From Bacteroidales bacterium (GTDB lineage Bacteria; Bacteroidota; Bacteroidia; Bacteroidales; SZUA-534), in assembly GCA_046704385.1 (NCBI GenBank), contig JBJKSB010000088.1:6931-70930 (forward strand): 64,000 nt of DNA, given 5' to 3'. Every line of letters begins with the position of its first letter. Within the stretch, counting starts at the first letter, position 1. Under the pieces are notes generated by a model. It searched no databases, was not told where the DNA came from, and was given only the letters and a program-made list of their open reading frames with translations. Positions 31,001-40,628 of this stretch are shown piece by piece. The translations under genes were made by a program, and so were the position numbers.

Positions 31001-31188
31001 AGTGGTTGTTTTTGCTCATCGACTACCCGTCCGGTAACATTTTTTGGGGACTGAACAACGGTAATACCGGTATTATTCCCGTCATTACTGGCCTTTACTG
31101 CCTGCATTAATAAAAGCGGCAGCATAATTAAAGATAGCCGTAATAGTATATTTTTGTATCGTATCATAGTTCCGTATTTTAGTTGCAT
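28045..31188 (-). CDS. susC: SusC/RagA TonB-dependent transporter (start may be ATG at 31167)
   Basis: VVVIGYG, IRIRG, PLYVIDG, KDASAAAIYGARGANGVIIITTK, NPNLKWE, YSGYDPE. Confidence 0.97.
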   Translation of the reverse strand: MQLKYGTMIRYKNILLRLSLIMLPLLLMQAVKASNDGNNTGITVVQSPKNVTGRVVDEQKQPLPGVNVLEKGTTNGTITDKDGNYTILVPENATLVFSFIGYLPEEATVAGKSEINMSLIPSIEELEQVVVIGYGTVEKRDLTGSVASVSSEDMENSSLNSVDQVLQGRVAGVVFNQSSGQPGGESTIRIRGNSSINASNDPLYVIDGIPIVNDAGSAGVVRGAGINPLSTINPDDIESVSVMKDASAAAIYGARGANGVIIITTKKGKKGPMQLTFNSSYGIQEPIKLLDVMNAKEYATIINESQYMANKPPLYTNLDSIGEGTNWQKEILRAAPTMNYNLSANGGNETTNYSISASYLDQDGIIIQTNFKRYAVRLNLESQVSKRFRIGTSTNFTRVESNGAITDDGFLQNGAITTALRFNPMLPVRDSAGNYTYKDDRMENVGNPVAWLEQSTNQRINNRAMSNIWGEYEIIDGLKFKTRFSADAYFNKENLFVPPGLVETQASNGDAAMSTVQALTWVTENMLHYNKNFNDNNRFEALLVQSAQGYRQEGLMATVIDFPNPSLGINSIGAGLTHNAGSWTSKSGLSSFAGRVNYILKNRYIFTFNGRYDGSSKFGPGNKYGFFPSGAFAWNVSDEPFMAGMNFFNDLKFRSSYGLTGNEGIPTDRTRFTLTQTEVLFDDKTIQKGYAPDFYKLANPNLKWESTAQLDLGIDATFLNNIFNLTADFYQKKTTGLLLNVPVNETSGFGDSFQNIGDLQNTGFEFALNADVNAGVFTWKPGFNFSLNRNKVLDLKGNDEIKNEFGSVASIAGDWQVVFEGKSLGTFYGYVSDGIVQESDNLATLPKIAGNTPAVGDRKYKDFDGDGNITDADKRIIGNANPDFTFGFTNNFNYRGFDLSVFIQGSVGNKVANFNRLYLESLDGNSNDLREVAANRWTQSNPSNEYPRVGYINDNVSGFSDVYVEDGSYIRLKNVSLGYTFDQKMLSIKGIKSIRLYATFVNLLTLTKYSGYDPELNHFPYDNLSQGADYGGYPSAKAYNFGIKLSF

Positions 31189-32174
31189 CCGAATTTAAAC
31201 TTGAAGGGTGATTTTTTTGTCACGTCGATTACATTTATAGCACCTGACTTATTCATAAAAGAATAATTCATGCTGTCAAGTGTTTGCTCATTGTTGAGTT
31301 CAAAGTAATTTCGCGGCCAGAAATCGATCCTCCACTGGCTATTACCAAGGTTCTCCATTTTTGCCTTTTCTTCACTTCCACATATTGTTACAGAGTCGCT
31401 TGAAGTATAGCCTGTTGCACACAAATAAACTTCATCTGCTGACCGCAGCGATGTGTCACCAACAGAGGCATCAAAGGAAATTGTTACAATATCATTGTCC
31501 AGGCTGCCAGCTGGCTCCACGGTAGTGTTGGGTTTTAAATAATCGAGCGTTTCACCGGTTCCGTTTTTAACTTCAAAAGTTGCAAACCTCACATCATAAT
31601 TACCGCCATCGCTGGCATCAACTTCTTTGGCACCGAAATAATATCCCAACTGCGCTTTTAAATTTTTCGTTCCAATTTTCGTTTTAATGATAATTGTGCC
31701 TGTATATACTGTTTTACCGGCAGTGCTCGGAAAAACAAAATCAGTCCAGAAAGCTACCCATTCCATATCAGGATTGACATTAGCCCCAAAACCAAAGTAT
31801 TTTTTAAGATCAACCGGCCAGGAATTAGGTACATTTGGGCCTACAGCTACATCATCGGGAACCACCGACAAATCACCGGTATATGAAACTCCATCATCGT
31901 CAACCCCCGTATACGTAATTGTTGTATTGTTTGCGGCATCCCAACCTTTTGGCATGAGGACAGCTACAATAAGCTTCGAAGGCATATCCATAAGAGCATT
32001 GGCTGCATCCATAGTAACATCCATTTTTACGGTCAATGTGTCACCGGCATTTCCTGAAGCGGGTTGTTCAAAATTGTTTATTTTAAAACAACTGGCCATA
32101 GCAATTACCATAAAAGCAATTAGGTAATATTTTAAATGTTTCCTTTTTAATATCTTTTTCAAATTCATAGTCAT
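31179..32174 (-). CDS. DUF4961-like lipoprotein
   Basis: Lipobox MASC; C-terminal domain DIVTISFDAS...EVYLCATG...WRIDFWPRNYF; sits between DUF5004 and susC. Confidence 0.75.
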   Translation of the reverse strand: MTMNLKKILKRKHLKYYLIAFMVIAMASCFKINNFEQPASGNAGDTLTVKMDVTMDAANALMDMPSKLIVAVLMPKGWDAANNTTITYTGVDDDGVSYTGDLSVVPDDVAVGPNVPNSWPVDLKKYFGFGANVNPDMEWVAFWTDFVFPSTAGKTVYTGTIIIKTKIGTKNLKAQLGYYFGAKEVDASDGGNYDVRFATFEVKNGTGETLDYLKPNTTVEPAGSLDNDIVTISFDASVGDTSLRSADEVYLCATGYTSSDSVTICGSEEKAKMENLGNSQWRIDFWPRNYFELNNEQTLDSMNYSFMNKSGAINVIDVTKKSPFKFKFGCN

Positions 32175-32184
32175 AACCTTAATT

Positions 32185-32640
32185 TTAGTTAGTGGTGTCA
32201 GATTCTCTTTCTAAGGTATATTCATATATATTCCCACTACATCCCGGACTTAGTCTTAAACTCAATAGAGACTTTGAAGAATAAATGGCTGAAGTCAAAC
32301 TCACCATACCCGTATCAGTTCCGGTAATAAATTCAATAGCCATGGGATAATCAGGATTATCAAATGACCATGTGCCGTTTCCAGCTACCACAAAAGGAAG
32401 TGTCTCGTTAATCGCAAAAGAATTATCACTAAAAGTCAGGTTAAACTGACTTACATCCAACCTGTTGGTCATATCCGTGCCATTCCGGGATATTTTAATT
32501 AGCTTCCAGCTTCCTTCTATGCTTCTTGCCTGCGCATCGAAAGCTCCCGGGGGGACATCAATCTCTTTTTTGCAGCCTGACCCAAACAGAATCAGAACCG
32601 CCAGAAAGACCTTTAATAATGAATACGTCAATTTCTTCAT
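32185..32640 (-). CDS. DUF5004-like (lipocalin-like) lipoprotein
   Basis: Lipobox GSGC, IEGSWKL..ISRNG, GTWSFDNPDYP, PGC..NIYEY. Confidence 0.75.
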   Translation of the reverse strand: MKKLTYSLLKVFLAVLILFGSGCKKEIDVPPGAFDAQARSIEGSWKLIKISRNGTDMTNRLDVSQFNLTFSDNSFAINETLPFVVAGNGTWSFDNPDYPMAIEFITGTDTGMVSLTSAIYSSKSLLSLRLSPGCSGNIYEYTLERESDTTN

Positions 32641-33010
32641 ACAATCATATTATTTAGTTAGTGTTCGCTCGTCCATTATATAGACCGTATCCAAAAATGC
32701 ATCGCCGAATTACAAATATGTTTGACATAGAATACAGTTTATATTATATAATCAGTTTAGCTGATTTAAATTAATTTAATATTTCAATAATTAAAATATT
32801 CAAAATTTATTGCGCAGTAAAAATAGTATTAATTTTTTGATAATTTCAAATAAAAATTAAATTAAATAAATAAAAAAATAATTACCAGCACAGTTCAACA
32901 ACTCATAGTAAGTTTAATTTCAAATTTATATATATCTGTTTATTAATTATTTATGTAATTTTTTAAATTAACAAAATCATATTTTTATATAACGGAAATT
33001 TTTTATTTTA

Positions 33011-33113
33011 ATCATACCTGTACCTACCAGTAATAAATTTTTTTTACAAATTTGTGTTGGTGTATTAAAAAAATATTTACATTTGCATCGGATCATACCA
33101 GTACCACACAGTA
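33011..33113. promoter_or_regulatory. Divergent promoter with 22-bp direct repeats (putative GntR operators) and TACATTTG -7 element
   Basis: ATCATACCTGTACCTACCAGTA (33011-33032) and ATCATACCAGTACCACACAGTA (33092-33113), 18/22 identical; TACATTTG at 33078-33085. Confidence 0.6.
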
Positions 33114-33132
33114 CGTAATTAATCGGTATATT

Positions 33133-34140
33133 ATGTTAGAATTTATAAAAATCGAAAAAGACTCTTCAGCACCTAAATACAAACAGATCATAGAGTCTAT
33201 AATGGATGCCATAGACAAGAATGCTATACGGAAGGACCAGAAGATGCCTTCAATAAATGAAGTATGCAAACAGTTTAATCTTTCGCGAGACACTGTACTT
33301 ACTGCGTTTAACGAATTAAAAGCCCGTGGCATATTAGCTTCTCAACCAGGAAAAGGATATTATATTAATAAGGCAACAACAGGCCGATCGCACAATATTC
33401 TTCTATTGTTTGATAAATTGACTGCATACAAAGAGGTACTTTACGATTCATTTAAGCAACAGTTTAGCAGGAATGCTACTATTGATATTTTCTTTCACCA
33501 CTTTAATCCTTCGGTTTTCAAGACATTGATTGAACAGTCAATTGGCAAATATACCGCTTATGTAATTATGCCAATACCAAGTAAAAGTGTTCAGGAAATT
33601 ATCGATCTGATTCCCAAGGATAAATTGTACATTCTTGATATGGGTCGGAGCCTGTATGGTAAAAATCACACTTCTGTGTGTCAAAATTTTAAAAAAGACA
33701 CTTACGAAGGTTTAACCTCAGGAATTGATCTGCTAAAAAAATACAAGAAAATTACATTGGTTTTCCCTGATACGGGACATACACCCAATTCTATAAAAAA
33801 AGGCTTTGTTCATTTTTGCAAAGACAAAGGATTAGATCACGATGTAACAAGCACCATTAACGAGGAAATGGTTGAAAAAGATGAAGCCTACATGGTAATC
33901 GATGATAAACATTTAGTAAAGCTTGTACAATTTGCACAAAGGAAACACTTAACCCTTGGTAAAGATTTTGGTATAGTTTCCTATAATGACACTCCGCTTA
34001 AATCGGTAGTATCAAATGGCATAACAACTATTTCAACCGATTTTGCAGCAATGGGAAAAAACATGGCACAACTTATATTAGAAAAACAAACAGCGCACAT
34101 CGATAACCCAAGTTCTTTAATTCAACGCAATTCATTATAA
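33133..34140 (+). CDS. GntR family regulator with periplasmic-binding-protein-like C-terminal domain
   Basis: PKYKQI...MPSINEVC..FNLSRDTV..AFNELK..G..PGKGYY wHTH; GIVSYNDTP..ITTISTDF; ATG at 33133 preferred over the ORF-track TTG. Confidence 0.93.
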   Translation: MLEFIKIEKDSSAPKYKQIIESIMDAIDKNAIRKDQKMPSINEVCKQFNLSRDTVLTAFNELKARGILASQPGKGYYINKATTGRSHNILLLFDKLTAYKEVLYDSFKQQFSRNATIDIFFHHFNPSVFKTLIEQSIGKYTAYVIMPIPSKSVQEIIDLIPKDKLYILDMGRSLYGKNHTSVCQNFKKDTYEGLTSGIDLLKKYKKITLVFPDTGHTPNSIKKGFVHFCKDKGLDHDVTSTINEEMVEKDEAYMVIDDKHLVKLVQFAQRKHLTLGKDFGIVSYNDTPLKSVVSNGITTISTDFAAMGKNMAQLILEKQTAHIDNPSSLIQRNSL

Positions 34141-34183
34141 ACCATAACCTGTTGAATTTTAGATTTATATCGACAATAAAAGG

Positions 34184-36487
34184 ATGAACAATATGAGAAA
34201 AAGCAGAAAATATATACATTTTATTATCCTTGCAATAACATTGCTATTTTATAATATTTCAGTAAATGGTGAATTAAGCTTGAGTGCGAGTGATAACTCC
34301 TGCAAAAAAGCGAATGTTTTAGCACAAGATTATATTTCGGAAGCTAATCCCGAATTGACAACTGATGACTGGAATGACAGTTTGGTAGCAGCATTACCTG
34401 CAGGCGTTAAAGACGGAATAAATTATATAGATACTTCTACCGTTATTTTTTCATTGCTTGCCCCTCATAAAAAATACGTATATCTCATTGGCGATTTTAC
34501 CAATTGGGAAACATTACCCGAATTCCAAATGTATAGAACGCCTGATAGTACGCGCTACTGGATAAAAATTGACAGTCTTAAAAAGGGGAAAGAATATCGT
34601 TTCCAGTATTTTGTTGACGGATCAATAAAAGTAGGCGACCCTTATTCCGATAAAATTTTGGATCCGGTATTTGACAATTCTATTCCGGCAACAACATATC
34701 CAGGGCTCATACCATATCCCACAGGCAAAACTGAAAATTCTGTATCTGTAGTTCAAACCGGACAGGAACCATATTCCTGGCAGGTAAAAAACTTTGTCCC
34801 TCCTGCTAAAGAAAAAATGATTGTGTATGAATTATCAATTCGCGATATGGTGGAAACGCATATGTATACCACAATTAAAGATACCTTGGATTATATACAG
34901 AATTTGGGTATAAATGTAGTGGAGCTGATGCCGGTGACGGAATTCGGAGGAAATGATGGTTGGGGCTATAACCCAAATTTTTACTTTGCACCCGATAAAT
35001 ATTTCGGCACTAAAAACGACTTAAAAGCTTTGGTTGACGAGTGTCACAAACGCGGTATGGCTGTTGTGCTCGATATGGTATTAAACCATTCGTGGGGAGA
35101 AAACCCATTATTAAAATTATATTGGAACGACACCACCAACTGGCCTGCAAAAGACAACCCCTGGTTTTTCCCGGGTCCTATGTTTGCTAATCCGCAGGCA
35201 ACTTACGGTCCTGTATTTAACCATGGAAGTGTTTACACCCAGAATTTTGTTGACCGGGTAAACGCTTACTGGCTCACTGAGTATAAGTTTGATGGTTTTC
35301 GTTTCGATTTCACCAAAGGGTTTGTAACTACCTATAAAGATGCATCTGATCCATGGGGCGATAAATACGATCCTGATCGTATTGCCATTTTAAAACGAAT
35401 GGCAGATTCCATATGGCAGGTGAATCCCAACGCCCTGGTAATTCTTGAGCACCTTGTTTTTGGATATACTGAAGAAGAGAAAGAATTGGCAGACTACGGA
35501 ATGCTACTTTGGGGCAATTTCAATTATCAGTTTACTGAACTGAGCAAAGGAAACGATCAACAACTTTCGTGGATGAGTTACAAAAACCGCAACTGGAATG
35601 CTCCCAATGTTATTACTTATCCGGAAAGCCATGATTGGGAACGAGTAATTGTAAGTGAGTTAAAAGACGGAAGATATAATACAACCTATGACACGCGTGA
35701 TTTAAATACCGCTTTGGATAGAATGAAACTAAACGCCAGTTTTATTTTCACCATGCCCGGACCACACATGATTTGGTTGTTCGACGAATTAGGTTACGAT
35801 GTGAGTGTGAATTTTAACGGCTATGGAAATTTAAAACCCTACCATTGGGAATATTTCCAGGACCCGGCACGAAAAAAATTATACGATGTATACGCCGCAT
35901 TAATACACCTAAAGCAAAATTACAGTGTTTTCGCTACCGATAATTTCGGATATTCCACAGACAATATCCTCAAAAGTTTTCACTTAAACTCAGATAGTAT
36001 GAATGTTACTATCATCGGGAATTTTGATATTATTGATCATGTAATTGACCCCGCTTTTCAACATGATGGTGAATGGTACGACTTTTTTACCGGCAAGGCG
36101 TTAAGCGTGATCAACATACACAAACCCCTAGCACTCAAACCCGGCGAATTTCATATATTTATAGACAAAACTGTCGATTTCCCTGAACCAGGGTTGGTTC
36201 CATTCAGCTTGTCAGGGCTTACTTCAAAAAACGACACTTACAATAATCCCAACATAAAAGTTTTTCCCAATCCGAGTGGAGGCATATTTCGAATGGAATT
36301 CCCTAATAATTTTCCGGTTAGCGGAGCATCAATACATGTATCCGATCTCCTGGGAAAAAACATTTATGAAATGCCTTTAGTGTCATCACAAGCCACGGTA
36401 GATTTATCTCCTTATCCCAATGGAATGTATTTTATTCAGGTTGAAGGAAATATTGAAACATTTTCACTTCCGGTGATCAAAAACTGA
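34184..36487 (+). CDS. GH13 alpha-amylase/pullulanase-like enzyme with CBM48 and T9SS C-terminal domain
   Basis: ELMPV, WGYNP, DMVLNH, DGFRFD, ILEH, ESHD catalytic motifs; VFPNPS...GMYFIQV CTD. Confidence 0.9.
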   Translation: MNNMRKSRKYIHFIILAITLLFYNISVNGELSLSASDNSCKKANVLAQDYISEANPELTTDDWNDSLVAALPAGVKDGINYIDTSTVIFSLLAPHKKYVYLIGDFTNWETLPEFQMYRTPDSTRYWIKIDSLKKGKEYRFQYFVDGSIKVGDPYSDKILDPVFDNSIPATTYPGLIPYPTGKTENSVSVVQTGQEPYSWQVKNFVPPAKEKMIVYELSIRDMVETHMYTTIKDTLDYIQNLGINVVELMPVTEFGGNDGWGYNPNFYFAPDKYFGTKNDLKALVDECHKRGMAVVLDMVLNHSWGENPLLKLYWNDTTNWPAKDNPWFFPGPMFANPQATYGPVFNHGSVYTQNFVDRVNAYWLTEYKFDGFRFDFTKGFVTTYKDASDPWGDKYDPDRIAILKRMADSIWQVNPNALVILEHLVFGYTEEEKELADYGMLLWGNFNYQFTELSKGNDQQLSWMSYKNRNWNAPNVITYPESHDWERVIVSELKDGRYNTTYDTRDLNTALDRMKLNASFIFTMPGPHMIWLFDELGYDVSVNFNGYGNLKPYHWEYFQDPARKKLYDVYAALIHLKQNYSVFATDNFGYSTDNILKSFHLNSDSMNVTIIGNFDIIDHVIDPAFQHDGEWYDFFTGKALSVINIHKPLALKPGEFHIFIDKTVDFPEPGLVPFSLSGLTSKNDTYNNPNIKVFPNPSGGIFRMEFPNNFPVSGASIHVSDLLGKNIYEMPLVSSQATVDLSPYPNGMYFIQVEGNIETFSLPVIKN

Positions 36488-36525
36488 TATTCTAAACGAT
36501 TAACAAAATTTAAAACAATAAACAC

Positions 36526-37098
36526 ATGTTACATAATGTAATAACAGAACCTACTCAGACAATGAAGCCTGAGAGCGGGTATCTTCAAGGCGAAAAGATA
36601 TATCAATCAGAAAAAAGGATGAAACAGCTTAATGGAGTGTTTGCAGATGCAGATGCATTTAAGTTACTTGATCCTGAACAACTTGTATACACTGTTCAAT
36701 CACACCTACCGGTTCAGGAAGGAACTCCAGGTGGTTTATATTTTGGTACAACCACCATACAACCTGGAAAGGTTGGCAATGAATATTTTATGACCCGGGG
36801 GCATTTTCATGCCAATAGTAAACGTGGAGAATACTATTGGGGAGTGCAAGGCAAAGGTGTACTAATTCTGATGGATGCAAACCGTAATACATGGGCTGAA
36901 TTTGTATTTCCCGGAAGCCTTCATTACATAGATTGTGATGTAGCTCACCGGGTGGCAAATATTGGTCAGTCGCCACTGATTTTTTCCGCCTGCTGGATAT
37001 CCGATGCCGGACATAATTACCAGGAAATAGAGCAAAATGGTTTTTCGTCACGATTGGTAGAAGTAAATAATGAGCCCCATTTATTAGAAGTAAAATAG
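36526..37098 (+). CDS. Cupin-type (archaeal-type) glucose-6-phosphate isomerase family protein
   Basis: PGKVGNEYFMTRGHFH...EYY..G.G...AHRVAN...AGHNY. Confidence 0.88.
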   Translation: MLHNVITEPTQTMKPESGYLQGEKIYQSEKRMKQLNGVFADADAFKLLDPEQLVYTVQSHLPVQEGTPGGLYFGTTTIQPGKVGNEYFMTRGHFHANSKRGEYYWGVQGKGVLILMDANRNTWAEFVFPGSLHYIDCDVAHRVANIGQSPLIFSACWISDAGHNYQEIEQNGFSSRLVEVNNEPHLLEVK

Positions 37099-37101
37099 AT
37101 T

Positions 37102-38046
37102 ATGAATACAATTGCCATTGACCTTGGAGGAACCCGGATTAAAATTGGGCTGATCAACAACGGTAAGCTTGTGGACGGAACCGTGATATCGGCATTTTCT
37201 GACGAAGGATTTACACCAAGAATCCCGACACTCGAAAACACGATAGACGAGCTTATTCATAAACACAACCTGACAAAGGAAACAATTAGTGGTATAGGAA
37301 TCAGTCTGCCTGGCATATGCGATACAAAGGAGATGAAATTGCTTTCCATTAATGAAAAATTTAGCGATGCCGTCTGTTTTGATTTTAAAGCCTGGGTAAT
37401 GGACAAATGGGAACTTCCGGTTATTATTGAAAACGACGCACGTGCTGCACTTGTTGGAGAATGGCAATATGGAGCCGGAAAGGGAACAGATAACCTGGTG
37501 ATGATTACTCTCGGCACCGGTTTCGGTGGAGCGGTTATCCTTGATGGCAAAGTATTAAGAGGCAAACATTTTCAAGCCGGCTGCCTGGCCGGGCATTCAA
37601 CCGTAAATTATAAAGGAAAACTGTGCAACTGCGGAAATATAGGATGCGTTGAATCGGAAGCTTCAACCTGGCGGTTACCCGAAATAGCCAAAAGCCATCC
37701 ACTGTTTCATAATAGTAAACTGTCCAAGGTAGACCTGATCGATTATGAACAGGTGTTTTCGCTAGCCGATTCAGGAGATATTGTTGCAACAGAAATCACC
37801 CAACACAGCCTTGATGTCTGGAGTGCCGGAGTTATAAACCAGATTCATGCCTACGACCCCGAACTGGTTATTATCGGTGGCGGAATTATGAGAAGCGGTG
37901 CAAAAATTCTTAACCATATCACTGATAAAGTAAACAAACATGCATGGACCCCTTGGGGAAAAGTAAAAATTGTTCAGGCTGAGGATTTGGATTGGGCCGC
38001 ATTAAAAGGTATCAGCTGTTTGCTGGAAGAAATGTTAACTAATTAA
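37102..38046 (+). CDS. ROK family sugar kinase
   Basis: DLGGT, ENDA, TLGTGFGG, CNCGNIGCVE. Confidence 0.92.
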   Translation: MNTIAIDLGGTRIKIGLINNGKLVDGTVISAFSDEGFTPRIPTLENTIDELIHKHNLTKETISGIGISLPGICDTKEMKLLSINEKFSDAVCFDFKAWVMDKWELPVIIENDARAALVGEWQYGAGKGTDNLVMITLGTGFGGAVILDGKVLRGKHFQAGCLAGHSTVNYKGKLCNCGNIGCVESEASTWRLPEIAKSHPLFHNSKLSKVDLIDYEQVFSLADSGDIVATEITQHSLDVWSAGVINQIHAYDPELVIIGGGIMRSGAKILNHITDKVNKHAWTPWGKVKIVQAEDLDWAALKGISCLLEEMLTN

Positions 38047-38056
38047 TTTGAAATAA

Positions 38057-39814
38057 ATGACAAATTTCACAAATACTCCTTTTGTTTCAGTAAATGATCA
38101 TACCAAAGTAAGAAAAGGCTGGGATGAGATCGCTTCTGAACTAAAGGCTGCAATAAATAAAATCAATAAAGAAGTACGAATAATTACCATCGAGTACTAT
38201 CAGGGTATTCTGGAAGAAGAAACAACCAATGCCCTGACGAATGGCATCAATCCCGAGTTGGTGATAAGGGCAGATGAATTAATGTATGATGAAGAATACA
38301 TCAGGGAAATGGTGTACCCTGACGTTACTGATGATCGAATTTTCGGGTATCTGACCCGCTTAAATATTGATGCTTATTTTGATCCGGAAAAAGTAGCAAC
38401 TGCCAGGGATAAGATTAACTCGTTGAAAAATAGTACTATACTGATAATTGGCTCTGGTGCAGCGTATGTGAGCGAGCAATATGACTTGTTGGTATATGCT
38501 GATATGGCCCGATGGGAAATTCAGTTGCGCATGCGTAAAAACCTGGTGAATAACCTGGGATTAAAGAATAAAAACGAAGAATGGGGACTACAATATAAAC
38601 AGGCATTTTTTGTGGATTGGCGCGTTTGTGACCGATGGAAAAAAAGGCTGATGTCAAAATGGGATTTTGTGTTAGACACAAACAATTCTTCAGTTCCTAA
38701 ACTTATTGAAGGCAAAGCAGTTTTGGAGGGTTTAGAAAAATGTCTCACCAGACCTTTCAGTTTAGCGCCATTTTTCGATCCGGGTCCCTGGGGTGGTCAG
38801 TGGATGAAGGAAAATTGCAACCTCGACCCCGAAGCTGATAATTATGCCTGGTGTTTTAATTGCGTACCTGAAGAAAACAGCCTTTTATTAAAGTTTGGTG
38901 AAGACATTATCGAAATTCCCTCTATAAACCTTGTGTTTTACAATCCTAAAAACTTATTAGGTGAACCGGTTCATGCCAGGTTTGGTGATGAATTTCCAAT
39001 CCGTTTCGATTATCTCGATACAATTGACGGAGGTAACCTGAGCCTGCAAGTGCACCCGCTCACTGAATATATTCAAGAGAAATTCGGCTTGCATTATACT
39101 CAGGATGAAAGTTATTATATGATGGATGCCAGACCCGGTGCTGAAGTATATTTAGGTGTGAAAGAAGGTATTGATCCACAAGCCATGATTAATGAGCTGG
39201 AAGAGGCACAAAAAGGGGAAATACCTTTTGATGCCGAAAAGTATATTCAAAAGTGGCCGGTCAAAAAGCACGATCATTTTCTAATTCCGGCTGGAACGAT
39301 ACATTGTTCAGGAAAAGACAGCATGGTTCTTGAAATAAGTTCCACTCCTTATATTTTCACATTCAAACTATGGGATTGGGGTCGCCTGGGTTTAGATGGT
39401 AAACCACGCCCAATCAATATTGAACACGGTAAAAATGTTATTCAATGGGACCGTGTTACCGATTGGACCCGTGATAATCTGGTAAACCATGTAGTGAAAG
39501 TTGGTGAAGGTGATGGCTGGGTGGAAGAGCAAACCGGGTTGCATGAACGGGAATTTATTGAGACCCGCCGACACTGGTTTTCCAAACCGGTAAAACACCA
39601 TACCAATGGATTAGTTAATGTTCTTAACCTGATTGAAGGGGACGAAATTATTGTTGAAAGTCCCGACCATGCCTTTGAACCTTTTATTGTTCATTATGCT
39701 GAAACGTTTATTGTACCAGCTTGTGTCGGAGCTTATACCATTCGTCCTACTGTTGAAAACAATGAAAAGCCACACGCTACCATTAAAGCATTTGTAAGAG
39801 CAGGTGATAATTAA
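38057..39814 (+). CDS. Long-form class I mannose-6-phosphate isomerase-like protein
   Basis: PWGG, LSLQVHP, QDESYY, IPAGTIH, EIS, WDWGR cupin PMI motifs after an N-terminal extension of about 230 aa. Confidence 0.85.
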   Translation: MTNFTNTPFVSVNDHTKVRKGWDEIASELKAAINKINKEVRIITIEYYQGILEEETTNALTNGINPELVIRADELMYDEEYIREMVYPDVTDDRIFGYLTRLNIDAYFDPEKVATARDKINSLKNSTILIIGSGAAYVSEQYDLLVYADMARWEIQLRMRKNLVNNLGLKNKNEEWGLQYKQAFFVDWRVCDRWKKRLMSKWDFVLDTNNSSVPKLIEGKAVLEGLEKCLTRPFSLAPFFDPGPWGGQWMKENCNLDPEADNYAWCFNCVPEENSLLLKFGEDIIEIPSINLVFYNPKNLLGEPVHARFGDEFPIRFDYLDTIDGGNLSLQVHPLTEYIQEKFGLHYTQDESYYMMDARPGAEVYLGVKEGIDPQAMINELEEAQKGEIPFDAEKYIQKWPVKKHDHFLIPAGTIHCSGKDSMVLEISSTPYIFTFKLWDWGRLGLDGKPRPINIEHGKNVIQWDRVTDWTRDNLVNHVVKVGEGDGWVEEQTGLHEREFIETRRHWFSKPVKHHTNGLVNVLNLIEGDEIIVESPDHAFEPFIVHYAETFIVPACVGAYTIRPTVENNEKPHATIKAFVRAGDN

Positions 39815-39838
39815 TAAAAACACTACAAAATTAATTCA

Positions 39839-40618
39839 ATGATATTTTATCCCGGATTTGATATTAAACCCACAACCCATCCGCTGGGTTTTGAATATGG
39901 TAAAGGATGCTTTGGCCCGGTAACAGAAAACAGGTCGTTAGATTCAATACGTCAAAGTCTTCGTAATCCCGAATGTGACGGACCTGATCCTGTTTATTCT
40001 ATTGCGATGGATGTTGGCAAGGAAGAGCATAAAGCCTTCCTGATGGAACATAATTTACTTTACGGTGTGGTAACTTATGCCCCCGGTCGGTTGGGTGATG
40101 AACCAGTTCGTTCTCAAGGTCATATTCATAAAAAAGCCCGAAATAACACCATGGCACCTCCTGAAATATATGAGATATGGACAGGCAAAGCCATAATTTA
40201 CATGCAGGAATTTGCCGACGACAATCCCGGACGTTGTTTTGCGGTAGAAGCCGGTCCGGGTGAAGTGGTAATTGTTCCGCCGGATTGGGCACATTCAACC
40301 ATCAGTGCTAATCCCGATGAGCCATTGACTTTTGGAGCATGGTGCGACCGGAATTATGGATTTGAATATGACAAAGTAAGGAGTCATAATGGCCTGGCAT
40401 GGTTCCCTGTATTAACGCAAGATGGAAAAATTGACTGGATACAAAATAATAAATATCGGCACAGCGAACTGATCAGGAAGAAACCTGAAAATTATGAAAA
40501 CCTGGGCATCAGGAAAAATATACCTATTTACATCGTTTTTGAAAAAAACCCTGAAACCTTTTTGTATGTGGCACAGCCAGATATTAAGAAAAACGAATGG
40601 ATTGATTTTATACCTTAA
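39839..40618 (+). CDS. Second cupin-type glucose-6-phosphate isomerase family protein
   Basis: PGRLGDEPVRSQGHIH, EIYEI..G, VPPDWAHSTI. Confidence 0.82.
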   Translation: MIFYPGFDIKPTTHPLGFEYGKGCFGPVTENRSLDSIRQSLRNPECDGPDPVYSIAMDVGKEEHKAFLMEHNLLYGVVTYAPGRLGDEPVRSQGHIHKKARNNTMAPPEIYEIWTGKAIIYMQEFADDNPGRCFAVEAGPGEVVIVPPDWAHSTISANPDEPLTFGAWCDRNYGFEYDKVRSHNGLAWFPVLTQDGKIDWIQNNKYRHSELIRKKPENYENLGIRKNIPIYIVFEKNPETFLYVAQPDIKKNEWIDFIP

Positions 40619-40628
40619 ACTCAATGAG

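Noticed and set aside
40494-40628. ORF-track N-terminal extension of the GH127-like gene
   Set aside because: Overlaps the upstream cupin gene; the signal peptide and lipobox begin at ATG 40629.
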